NCBI GenBank assembly: GCA_028023455.1
Contig: JAQFVV010000006.1
Location: 19,344,001 to 19,408,000, forward strand
DNA length: 64,000 nt
Source of the DNA: Epiperipatus broadwayi
Taxonomy: Eukaryota > Animalia > Onychophora
Reading direction: 5' to 3'
The notes under the pieces are model-generated. The model had not been told where the DNA came from and did not search any database. It saw only the letters and a list, made by a program, of their open reading frames with translations. How positions within the stretch are numbered: position 1 is the stretch's first letter; each line of letters starts with the position of its first letter. The position numbers were made by a program, and so were the translations under genes. Positions 36,851 to 49,899 of the stretch are shown here, piece after piece.

Positions 36851-38642
36851 ACGTATCTTACGGCATTTAAAAATAAATCATAAATGCTATTTGCAAAAAG
36901 AAAGCTTATTCCTGTGCATACCCCTGCTATATCTCCATACTCTCATTAGATTAGCCCTACAGTTAACACACCGAAACTATAGATCACGTGACATGACTGT
37001 GTTGGTAAGAATAAAAGAGTACATGATGAAATTGTTATAAACCCAACAATTCCCAGATATTCATCATACCCAAAATAAAATAATTAAATGAGAATATGAC
37101 TAAGGACCATCATAAAAACAATGCATTTTATTAAAAAAATGCATGAATAAAAAATACAAATTAAATTAATAATTAAACAAATAAGTAAATAAACAATAAA
37201 TTAAATAACTATCTGATGTGTACAACTTTTTACATTTTCATTTATTTATTTTGAAATTTATATATTTTTCCCCCTTAGAATTGACTTCTATATCCTTTTA
37301 CAAAAAATAAATATATTAAAAATTATTTATGTAAACAATGAATAAATCTATCTATCAAATTCATACCTCTATGTAAAACAAACTTAAAACATTTGAAGTC
37401 CACCAGAGGGAGCCAAGGATTCCAGATTACTCTGTTTCTGCTCTCCCAGTTTTGATTCCTGTTGCCCTAGTTTAGGAAACAGGATAGGTTTAAAAATATA
37501 TCAAGTTAAAAGGTGAGTACATGTTTCACTGTTTTATCACCTTTAAAAGAAAGTTTAAGTTGGTTTTCATTCAAGAATAACTGATTTTTTCTGGCATTCC
37601 GTTTTGCACAAATGGCTGCTATTGGAAAAGGCAAAAGCCAGAATAAGTAATTCCAAAAAAGCTGTGGCGTAACATAAGACTTTGAAAAAGATTTTAAACG
37701 AATCCAATTGATCAAGCAATGAAAAGAGCTACTAAAAATCCTAATTTTCAGTAACAGAACAAGTTGAGAAGTGATTTGGAAATTAAACTCCATTGAAAAC
37801 GTTAAAGAAAAAAAAATGCTTTGCAAAGATAGCTTTAAGAATTTCACCATAACATCTGATATTTGTAAAGTAGAACAAGATTCTAAGGCTGCAAATCAGC
37901 CAGGGAAGACAGGAAATGGCCCAGGGAACATACTAGATATAAAAAATAATCACAGAACAATGTGTAAAAGAAATTCTATCAGTAAATCTGTCTTGAGAAA
38001 AAAGTTACGATACCGTAATGTCGAACTGGAAGTGGCCGAATGCAGCAAAACAGTGCAGGGGAAAAATAAGAAAAATTATTTTGAATGTTAATTAGATCTC
38101 AATTTTAGAATCAAACAATATAGAGTATGAGTTAAGCTACCTCCTTGAACAAAAATTAAATTTTTCTGATGATCCGATCAAAAGTTATTGGGCCACTTCC
38201 GGTGAAATTGGGGTGCCACAAAAAATAAAAAATTTTCAAATCAACACACAATTACAACTAAGAGAATCCTGAGCCAAAAAACGACGATTAAAATAAGTAT
38301 AAATGGTGTTATAGATATAAACAGAAATACTGAAGTTGCAAATTAGTTAACATTGCTTAATTCAACAATTATTTAGAATACTATAAAGATTGATTGCAAA
38401 CTATTGGATTGCACAACTGAAGCACTGATTACTGTTCAACACATTGAATTCAATCTAGACAAGCAGAATTGAAATATTATAAATAGGAGAAGAGTCATTG
38501 TTGAAATCTTACTATGATAGGCCTACTTTAGGGTTACAGAAACTAACTGTTAAAATATGATTTTGCCATCAATATCTGTGTTCTACAAAACAATAAGAAA
38601 GAATCTTACAAAGCTAATCACACTTTTCATAGTTGGAATAAC

Positions 38643-40011
38643 TTAGTGGATTCCTACAATGCTAATCATACTCTTCATAATTGGAACAAGTAAGTGAAGA
38701 TTTATAGGCTTGATTGTAAATCATGGAGGACTTTGCAGTTGAGTGAAATAAATAGTTATATTGAACTTTGATGGACATCTGCAGTTGATAATAATATATT
38801 GGATTTAATGGATGAGGAAGATGAACAATCAACTGTTTTACTGAAATCACTCAATGAACAACTTTTAATAAGAATTAAGAAATTTAAGGAATAAAAGCGA
38901 ACATTCTTTTCTCAAGAACATAACCACACACAATTTTAATTCACACACTGGATGCTAGACATTCCAGCTAGAAATATCATCTTTGTAACATTAATGGATT
39001 TCTGGTGTAATATTTGTGGGCATGGGCCTGTGCTCCTCATTGCTTCCTCAGGGGTCAATGGCGGCAGTCATTGGGAGTCTGGTTATGGGTGCGGGCTGTT
39101 GATGATTATTGCCACTACCCAGAAAACCTGCTGGGAGGGTTCAGAGTCAAAGTTTTCAGTACCGATTCCGCTCTCATGGGCTGCTGTGCCCCTTGATGGA
39201 TTGTATTTGGGCAGTGCAGATCTATGCTCGTCACTCGTTAAACCATTTTACTGATATAATTGTTATCAAGTGTTTGTACTTTTTAAACAAATGATTTACA
39301 TCAAGTAGTGGGTGATCAGTCACCTGCATTTTTTTCCTTAATAATAATAAAAAAAAAAAACATTTGCAAAACAATAATATACAACATTTTGACCATGTAT
39401 CCCAATTTCTGTCACTATGTGTGTTTGCTGTCAACAATTTTCAATTACAAACTTATGCAGAAAATTTACATAATTATTCCAAATTAATGTTAATAACATA
39501 AATTATATGAGATGAATACATTTCTTAAATATTCTATAGAATTTGCCTTGCCAAGTTATTTAACTCTATTCTCTTTAAAACTAAAACATCTTTCTATCAT
39601 CAAGAATGCTTAAATTTCTTACCTTGCTTTTATGTAAAATATTTTCTTTGTATCTATCTTTTATTTAACGTAAAATACGGTTATATGCATAAGCAATATT
39701 ATTATGATTAGTACATATTTTAAATACAATTTTTCTACATGTAAACTATATATACAATAATACATCTGTTTAATATACATGTAAAAGCTGAGATCTTTTC
39801 CTCTAGTAGAATATATAACTAAAGTGTAAAGCCATGATAAGAAAATTTCTTTACTAATATATATAAAATAAAATACTGTTCGGTTCATAAAGTAAATTCT
39901 ATTTTTTATGAATTTCAAAACTGATTTATGCATAAGTGTGTACTTTATCTTCCATTTATCTGTTATTTTAAAACCATAAATAATATTTAAGTATGAAATT
40001 ATCAAATACAT
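38643..40011 (-). pseudogene. Gustatory-receptor-like 7TM chemoreceptor pseudogene
   Basis: 116-aa hydrophobic ORF from ATG 40011 (IIYGFK, two TM-like stretches), a stop, then donor AAG|GTAAGA at 39623. A C-terminal block FTQLQSPP*FTIKPINLHLLVPIMKSMISIVGIH (38747-38643) resembles the GR TM7 region. Confidence 0.5.
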
Positions 40012-40435
40012 ATGTTTATTTCTTCATGATTTCTTTTGACAACTTACAGATTTTCAAATAAGTTTATGTACATTAAATCAATAAAAATATTTATCTATAA
40101 ATAATATTTTTAAATGTTATTCTTTGAATTGAATATTTTTCAAACGTTAATAATTATGAAACAATATATATATAAACATTATTCTTGAATGCTTTCACAT
40201 TTCTATCACAAATATTTGGAGATAAACAAAATAAATTAAAATGAAACAATATTACCATTTGAATCAATTTAATTTATCATAAAGTGTACTATAAAAAAAG
40301 TTTTCTTTTTCCAACAATATATTTTCTTTTCTTTGGGGTTACTTTGCGAAATTCCTAATAACATTGTTTATTTATTGAAATAATTGGATTGTAAGCAAGT
40401 TTGATATTTTTCAAACTATATTAATTGTTTGTCAA

Positions 40436-40489
40436 GCGTTGGTGGCCTAGTGGTTAGCATAGCTGCCTTCCAAGCAGCCGGCCCAGTCA
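40436..40489 (+). pseudogene. Truncated tRNA-Gly(TCC) copy, T-arm/B-box deleted
   Basis: GCGTTGGTGGCCTAGTGGTTAGCATAGCTGCCTTCCAAGCAG matches the 5' 42 nt of metazoan tRNA-Gly-TCC and is followed directly by CCGGCC. Confidence 0.85.
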
Positions 40490-42069
40490 TTGCATTTGAC
40501 ATATATATAAAAAAAACTTTATTAATAATAACATTTAAAAAAAATTTGTTCACAAGCAAGTCATGATCTAGTTTTTCATGCTCCAAAGGGACTCCAAGTT
40601 TAAACCTGGCAAGGTAAAACCTTATCCTGATATACCTTTTTCAATTTCTAATGAATTGGTAATTGTTTAATACTTTTGTGTTACATTGTTCATTCAAAAA
40701 TTCAATTAAAATCAAGTTACCCAACGATAATTTTGAAAAACAATATGGTGACAAAGTAATCACATGACCAGATACTTACCGCCAACATTATCAGCACAGA
40801 GTTTCAAAATCCAAAGTTCAGTCAAACATAAGCCAATTTTCAATTTTATTATTGTAAAGCCCAATTTTTGTTTGGAAAAGAAAAAAAAATCAGTTACAAA
40901 TTTTCCAGCAATTCACTTACTAAATAAACAATTTAACTAGCTTTGTTTTTTTTTTTTATGCTTAAAAAGAATTCAAAATCTTAGTCTAACACAATATAAT
41001 AATATATCTTTAAACAGTAGATTAATTACTTCCAACTTTGGGTTATATTTTTTATTCAAACGTCCAATTGAAATCAAGTTACCTAGCGATAATTAAAAAA
41101 AAAAGCCATGCATGACTATTGTTTGTCCTCAATAATACCATCATAGAGTTTCAAAGTCTAAAGGTCAGTCAGGCATATGCTTATTCTTAACGTTATTGTA
41201 GCAATCTCTGATCTTTCTTTAGTAATAAAAATTCGATTTCAAGTTACCAGCTCTGGTTGTTTATGTTTATAAAGTAGTCAAAACCTTAGGCTAGCAGAAA
41301 AAAAAAAACTTTATATACTTTTTTCAATTTCCAATCGTTTGTAACTAATTTCCAATTTTGTATTAAATTTTTCATTCAAATCTTCAACTACCATCAAATT
41401 ACCAGATAATTTTAAAGAACATAAGACAATTCTAATAGCAATGCTGAGCCTAACTACCTACCTAGATTTTGTCTGGATACTAGCCATGAATCTCACACTT
41501 AAATCATATGAAAAGCTTCATTTGGCCACCATCTTTAACACAGCCACATTCAAAATCTGACCAACGACTGCAAACTCCAACTCAACAATTGCAACCAGTT
41601 TGAACATAGCTGCACCACCAGCCCCATCTGGATATCAGGACACTCTACAAAATGGATCTCATTCTTAAACTTCATCAAAAGCCTTACTCAACTCCCACCT
41701 CTAGCGCACAGCTAGACCCAGAGTCTGACCAGCTTACCACAAAGTCCAACCTAATAATTGCAACCAAATCTAACAAAGCTGTACCCCACCCCTCTGCAAC
41801 ACTCATGTATTCAAAGGCACGAGAAAATAGGCATGGCAATCCCACAAACACCCTCCCCAACCCATATTGCCAATGAAGCCAAGAGAAAGCTTGGTCACCC
41901 AAAGAAGATACCTTAAAAAATAAAAATACTGGCATTGATCTCACACCAGGCCAGACTTCACAGATAATTGCCACACTACCAAGGAAATTTCTAATCCTCA
42001 CTTATGTTACCAAGGCAACTCAATTTCACATAGAATTAAATCTGGATTGTATCTGTAGATACAGCAGTT

Positions 42070-42530
42070 CAGACCATGTAAAATTTATGTAATCTTGTAT
42101 AAACCATTAAAACAACTTTTACATACGTAAAAACCATAATTACACATTACCCATGTAACCACATCAATCTAAGATATATAAAACTCTTGTAACTAATCCA
42201 CAGCATAAATAAATAAATCTAATTTTGCATACATAAACCTACATCTATGGATTGCCCATGAAACCACAGCAAATCAACAGCAATACTTTTTTTTGTAATC
42301 TCATGTAAATCAATAAATTAACTTTTACATATGTAAACCTATATTTATGAATTCCCCATGTAACCACAGCAATCCAAGTTATGTAAAACCATGTAACTAA
42401 TCCACAGCATGTAAAAATTCCTGTAATCTGTGTAAAACAACAAATCAACTTTTATATATGTCAACCTATAATGATGGATTGCCCATGTAAACTCAGCAAT
42501 CCAAGCTATGTAAACTCTTGTAACCCTTTA
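42070..42530 (+). repeat. Diverged tandem repeat
   Basis: Recurrent ATGGATTGCCCATG, CCACAGCAATCC and TGTAACTAATCCACAGCAT blocks. Confidence 0.7.
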
Positions 42531-43328
42531 AGACAAATAAAACTTATTGTTTTCCTGAAAAAAAAAAATGTTTCTTTTTTTTTTTTTTAAATAGTCTTTT
42601 GATAAGATATATAAGATGGTCAAAGGGAAGAAGATTTCTTTATTATTCAATAATAAAAAAAAAAACTTAAAGGAAAGTAAATGTATTGTTTTATATATCT
42701 CAATTCTTCTTTCAGTTTGAAAATATTAATATAATTTTTATAACCACTTTATAAAGATATAAAGAAAACCCAATCTTTTCAAACCCTATCATATTTTCTG
42801 TCACTTCAGATCTTTTCTTCATTTATTTCTTTGACATACTATTGCATAATTTTTCATGATTCTTTAATATCATTTCTACATATTACCATGACATTAATAC
42901 AAAAATTAAAATGGACCCCCTCCTTCAATCTTAAATCCCCATCTCTAATTAATAAAAAAGGACAACAATTATATCTAATAAAGTGAAAAAATAACACCCA
43001 TTACATATCTGATTTACATCTCTCTGCTCTGGATAAATATTTTGAATGAGTAATGGATGGAGATTCAATAAAGTCCCAATTTGGATTCCTAGACCAGTTT
43101 CTAGCTATTGGATTTTGTTAATGATGGACACTGGATAACTCAGCAGCTATCTTTCTGTTATTTTATTTAAGCTAATAATTTGAAAGCTTTAACACTCTAG
43201 GACTTTAGTCAGACTCCTTATCTACCAATATGGACCTGGCAGTGGATTAACAATTATATATTTTAGAAATTTTAGTTATATGGTAACAGCAGCACTTTTG
43301 ACTCTTTATCAAAATAATAGTCTATAAC

Positions 43329-46300
43329 TGTTGTGTTTGGTTAGGCTTACAGGTTTGTTCCAAATCAACAGTTACAAAAAGAACAACTACTCAACAATTA
43401 AAATATACAATTTATTAGTATTAAAAATATACACACTTTTTAGTTAAACAATAACATACATATATTGTTTATACACGTTAATGCTGAGGTAGTTGTACTG
43501 AGTAATGAAGCTTGCTTCCGGCTTATGATTACCCTGCCTCGTGAGCTCGTGTAAGACTCTTCCAGCTAAGTATTTAGCTTGCCTTGAGTCGTGTGCAGAT
43601 GTAGCAGTTTCCACTTCATAGGTGAACTTGCCTCACTGCGTGGATGTCATGATAATGAGGAGATACTACCCTTGCTGATGGCAGAGGGTTTAATGGAGAG
43701 CACGTTCAGGTTGACAGTAGTAATTGCTCTCTGCCTTGCCTCCAAAAGGCTGACTATTTAATGGAAGATCCCTTACCTTACTGGAAATATGCTAATTTGA
43801 TGCATGAACTCCAGTGAAGGAAACTGAAATAGTCACTTCTAAAGGCAAGGTCAGATATGACATCCCCCCTGGCTAATATTAGTTCTGGAGGACATAGTCA
43901 TCGGGATGCACTGGATGATGTTTGTCCGCTTGGTTGGTTTCTCTGGTTGATTACTGTTCCTGTCTTCATCTTCTTCGCTTGATGAACTTGTTTCTGGTTG
44001 CCTGCTGCTGTCTTGATTTTGCTGTTCATCTTCCCTGCTTGAGGTACTCATTCCAGATTGACCACTGCTCTTGTTAGCTTCTGATTTGTGGTTGAGTCTT
44101 AGCTGTTTGTGTGATGACGATCATGATCATCTTCTGTTTGCACGACAATGTAGAAACTCTTTATTTGAGTCACCACTGCTGCTATCCATTTTGTGGACCT
44201 GTGGTACATAGGACACAGTACTTGTGTTTCTATTTGAAGTTTTATTTTTTATCTTGTTCAAGTTTGGCATCAGGTTTCAGGGTTGATAATATAGTTCTCA
44301 AGGGTCTTTTGAATAACAGTTCTGCAGGAGTCTTACCTAATACTGTGCTCAGAGTGGAATGCTGCGCTAGCAGAGTCCTGGCAATTCTGGTATTCCAACT
44401 TCCTTATCCATTTTTGTTATCAGCTTTTTAGCTTCTTGTACCAATCTCTCTGCCTGACAATTACTTTCAGGATGGAATGGAGGGCTGTTCATGAGTTCAA
44501 TGTTCTTATTAGTGCAGAAGGTTTTGAATGCACCAGATGAAAAAGCTGTGCCATTGTCAATGATGGTATCTCCACAACCTCCAGCCACTTGGAGAATGAG
44601 TCCATCACTATTAACAGCAGTTTGCCTTTCTGTGGACCAGCATGGTCCAGATGGAGTTTAGACCAGGGCCCTTCAGGTTTGGACCACTGGACTCTTGTCT
44701 TTTGTTGGTATATTCTGATTCATCTTGCACTACCAGCAATGGTGGACTTTGGCTTCGATGTCAGCATTTACAGTAGGCCACCACACATGATCTTGCCAGC
44801 ATCTTCATCTGGACTATCCCTGGGTGCCCATAGTGCACCAAGCTGAGCACCTAGGAATGTATGGCTGGAGGAACTACAACCTTGGTTCCCCAGATAAGAC
44901 AACCATGTGCTGCTGAGAGATCCAATCTACACATCCAGTAGGCTGAATGAAACTCAGCTGGTTTTTTATTGGGCCAACCCTGTTGAACCCGTTTTTGTAG
45001 CTTTTGGAATCCTGGATCATTGTTAGTCCAGCCTGCCATTGATTTTCTGTTCAGTGGTAAGGTTGGGTCTAGATCAATCATGCTAAGTGATTGGCATGAT
45101 GATGATGGACTGTCTTCCACTTCTTTAGGCAGTTGGCTTAATGCATCTACATGAGGAATATGCTTTCTCTCAACATATTGAAGGGTAAAGTCATAGCCTG
45201 ATAGGAAATTGAACCACTGCAGCATTCATGGTGATGCATACTGTGGGATTCCATTATCAGATGCAAAAATCTCCACAAGGAGTTTATGATCTGTCTGAAG
45301 AATAAATGGTCTACAATATAGGTAGTCGTGGAACTTTTTAATGCCATTTATCAAAGCCAGGGCCTCTCTATCTATTTGAGCACTTCATACTTAGTAAGTC
45401 TTTTAATGGGGTAGCTTGACTAGCTATTGTCTGATAGTCCTGCATGAGATACCACTGGCTCAAAATCTAAGTCCAGAATCATTAACATTTTCAGCGTCAA
45501 ATTGTGATTGTTTATGCCACAACTAAAATGATCACGAAGTGCTTCATTTATGAAGTCTTTGAAATTGCACTTCAAGGTTAATATACGGATTCATGTTGCA
45601 AATTCTCTAGCTGTTTCACCCTGTTCTTGTATGCTGAAATTAAAATGGTATCTCTGCATTATTGTCAAGGGTTTATGGGAAAATACTGTGAGAAATCGTC
45701 TACACTCTGTCAAAATCAAGCTCAGCTGGAGTTACAGCCATAGCTTGAGATGAGTATATCATACATTTGTGGACCTATTATGGTCATTAGTGTGGCTAAC
45801 TTTACCTCAGGCTTTTTTATCTGGTCGCCTGTAGATAAAAAATCAAACACTCTTTATAAATCTGGCCAGCTCTCAGGTTGAGCCAGATCAAAAGATTCCA
45901 TAATTGTTTTAGCCATCTTTATGCGAGTCACTATCCGTAATCAATTTTGTACTACTGTTTGCAGTTGTCTAAAATTGATTTTCATCTTTATATTTTTCCA
46001 AGTGACAACTTGTAATTATTCTGGTTTTACTGTTACATTATTGTAACTAACTCAATGAAGCTTTTAAACCACTAGAGCAAAGCTTTGTTGCTGTCTTGTA
46101 AGTGAAGCTCTCGTGATTGGTTGCAGCTTCAAATTGATATGCCTTTACATGTTTTTTTAAAAAAAATCATTGTAATAAAATTTATGGCGAATGTAAATTT
46201 TTTTAAAAAGAAAAATAATAAAACAAATACACAAACTATGCACTCGTATATTTATTTCATATGTTTAGATATAATTTTTCCAGCCATGAAGGAAAATTTG

Positions 46301-46840
46301 TGTGACTGTGCCAGATCTGTTGTGTTTGGTTAGGATTACAGGTTCCTCCCAAACCAACAGTTACAAAAAGAACAACTATTCAACAATTAAAATGTACAAT
46401 TTATTAATACTAAAAATATACACACTTGCTATTAAACAATAATATACATATATTGTTTATACACATTAATGCTGAGGTAATTGTACCGAATAATGGAGCT
46501 CACTTCCAGCTAATCAATTACCTTGCCTCGTTAGCTCTGGTAAGACTCTTCCAGCTATGTATTTAGCTTGCCTCGAGTTGAGTGTGGACATAGCAGTGTC
46601 CAGTCTGTAGGTGGAATTGCCTCACTGTGTGGATGTCATAATAATAAGAGATACTACCCTTGCTGATGGCAGAGGGTTTAATGGAGAGCACATTCAGTCA
46701 TTCAGGTTAACAGAAGTAATTGTCCTCTGCCTTGCCTCCAAAAGGCTATTTATCTTACTGGAAACATGCGGATTTGGTGCGTAAATCCCAGTAAAGATAT
46801 CTGAAATAGTCCACTTCTAAAGGCAAGGTCAGATATGACA
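43329..46840 (-). mobile_element. Ty3/gypsy (Mag-like) LTR retrotransposon, internally deleted (protease and RT missing)
   Basis: LTRs at 43329-43862 and 46318-46840 (TG...CA). TSD ATAAC at 43324-43328 and 46841-46845. PPT AGGGGGGA next to 43862. PBS TGGCACAGTC below 46318. Gag from ATG 45916 (EALRDHFSCGI), RNase H (QTDHKLL, HVDALSQLP) and integrase (HVWWP, FCTNKNIE, HPESNCQAER). Confidence 0.96.
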
Positions 46841-49800
46841 ATAACACAATAAAGCATCACAAATCATCAACAAGACATTTTAGCATCTACATTAACAACA
46901 GCAATTTACTATATATAATTATCCTATAACTATTTATAGTGTTAGACTTATATAACAGACAAATAGGTTAGTATAGATTCAAATTTTAAAGAGTGCTGAA
47001 ACTTTCAAGTTATTAGTCTGAGTAGTAAAATAAATGTGTTGTTGAAAAAACATATGTAGGTCAGTACTCCTTACTGATAAAGACAGATTATTAGCCAGAA
47101 ATTATTAATAATCTGAAATTACCATGTTGTCTATTGATCACTCATGCTTATCTAAATGGCATCAGAATACAGTAAATATAGATAATAACTGAAACACACA
47201 GGCTTATTATATAACTGTGTCTATATATTGTAACCCCTCATCACTGATCACCATCACTAACAAATACCCAGGGGCGCCAATTCTATGGATCATAGAATAA
47301 ACTATCGGACTAATCTTATTTTAAAACTATCAATGAGGCTCTTAATAAAGTTCTATCTTGACCTAGCTCTGTTGAGGGATACAGAGGTCTATGAGGTGTA
47401 AAATGTACATTAGATATGGGAGGAAATATTATAATTAATAGGAAATAAAACATCTATCAAATTCTAAAATAAATAAGAATTAAAGTGGTAAAATTCTACC
47501 ATCTAAAATTAACTAATTATAGTTTATACTTCACCTCCTCCCATCATTCACATGCATTGAACAACCTCTACCATATTAAAAATTTAAACTAATAAATAAA
47601 ATATACTATTTAGAAACTATAATGTATAACAAGTTGGATCTGAACTTAAACTAAACCTATCATTACTAAATTTTTAATTATACACTAATCTAATCTAGTT
47701 GACTGAATTTATTTTTTAATCTAAACTAATAATTGAACATCTCAGGGAATTAATTTATTGCATAGTCTAATTTAACATCTACTTCTCAACAACTACTATT
47801 TACTTATAATGAAAATAATGATATAAATTAAGCAATACCCTAACTAAATAATGGCAGTTAGATAATGAAAGAAATCGGGCACACTTTGATTTTAATTCAT
47901 CATCTAAACAATTACTAAATGATAAAACCTTTTTAGAAAATCAGTAAATAATTGACATCTCATACAGTGTTTGGATCAATGAAATCAATATCATCATGTC
48001 TGAATATGTTCATCATTAAATTAAATGAAAATACAATTATATCATATTAAATAAAGTAAATGTGTGAGCATGGGTGGAAATATGAAATACAAATGTATTT
48101 TAAAGAAGAATTCTGAATACAATTTTGAATAATAAAATATTTATTAATAAAATAAGAAAATAGTTAAGCAAATATTTAATTTCTTTCTCATTGGTATAAG
48201 TACAAGTTTTGGATGTATTTAGCATCACTGGTTAAAGTTTACATAAGAATAGATAACACAATATAATCTCTTAAATTTCAAATCTAACACATTTCATCTG
48301 TCAAAACATCCTGATAGTTTTGTGAAACACATTATATTTTTAACATTAAATAATGAACCAAAATAAAATCTTTACATTTTATTGTAAAAATGGTTTTCAG
48401 TTATCAGTCACTTCTGATAAACATATAGAATTGAAATAGTATAGCCCTAATTTCAAATAATACACTACAAAATTTATTTTATATTCAATATCTTGTTTTA
48501 TAACACTCAGTTATCAATTAATCTAATAAGTCTATAACAAAAAACATATGTTAAATATTTTGATTACATTATAAAATAAAACTAAAATTTTGGCATTTTG
48601 CTTCAAATGCACATTAACTAAAAAAATAAGTAAAGGGGTTTGAAACCTAATATCAAACTACGTTTTGCAAAATGAAATAAATAGCTCCATTAATTAAATA
48701 TACTCTTATCAAATTATATCTTGCAAAACGAAATAAATAACTCCATTAATCAAATATATTCTGTCTTTACAAAAATGAAGTAAAGAATTCTATTAATTAA
48801 TTAAGTTTTATTTTGCCAAAATAGAAATAAATAATTCTATTCATTAACTATGTTTTATCTTTGCCTGCTTCCTTACTCAAATGATGGTTGAATATTGAAA
48901 ATGGATGATATGAAATTTTAAATGATAAATACAAAATGTTTTGGACCGATAATTAAAGTTATTCATTAATGATGGATTTTTTTATATCTTTCAAATGAAC
49001 ACTTTATGCATGAGTCTGTATTATGCTGTGTGTCATAGAATAAATAATTAATACTAATCAATCCAATCGGTTTGCTTATGAAGTTATAATACAATCATAA
49101 TACGGATGAAGGCAATGGACAATCAAGCTTTAATCACTAACTTTACTACAGCTGTTTTGTAAGAAAATCAATTCTGCTTTTATTCTTCTTTTTATCAATA
49201 AATTGTCTGGCACTTGGCAATAGTATAAGATGGAAAAACATTCAATAAACACATGGGGATAAAAGATTTTTACAATTCAAATCATATAAATAACAACACA
49301 ACTCCTATACTTCTGAGACTAACTAAACTGGTGGGAATAAATCTCATCACCAAATGATCAGGGAGATAATATACTTAGCTTCATATAACTTAATTCATAA
49401 TATCAATATCTAAACTGGAGGATTCAATCTACTCCTATCAAAAATATTTCAATACACAGAAAAGGGAGAGATTACTCGATCCCATACAATACACTAGGCA
49501 ATCTACCCATGCCAAATATTCAAATAACAAAAAGAAAGGGACATTACTCAATCCCATAGATACTATAAAACATTGCTAACTTTACTACATATAGCCACAA
49601 AAATACTTTTCCATTCTCTTCTTCCGAAACCGATAGACTTTATATCATTTTACTTGCAATTTACATATTATTATAGTTGAATTTAATAATGGACACACAT
49701 ATACAAGCATAATAACACAGACAATTCAAATCCCAGTAGGCAAAGAACTACTGTAAAAATATCAATTACTAATTGTAAAAGCAATAAGGGGTAAATATTT

Positions 49801-49899
49801 GATATCTGATAATGTAATATTTAGGACTTGGTAACATACTAATGATGGTTGAAAAACAAGGCAATAATTTCTATTGGCAAGGCAAGACAAAATAATTTT

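Noticed and set aside
38166-38200. Isolated CTGATGA hits (also ~19953, 53785, 58945, 63560)
   Set aside because: No helix II and no downstream GAAAC...GTC, so not hammerheads.
37506-38300. ORFs of 114 and 106 aa plus transposon-like subterminal motifs (CCGATCAAAAGTTAT, CACTTCCGG)
   Set aside because: Probably a DNA transposon relic, but no catalytic motif or TIR pair could be supported.
43851-44846. ORFs 43851-44051, 44111-44431 and 44589-44846 as host genes
   Set aside because: They lie inside the LTR element (integrase tail or antisense).
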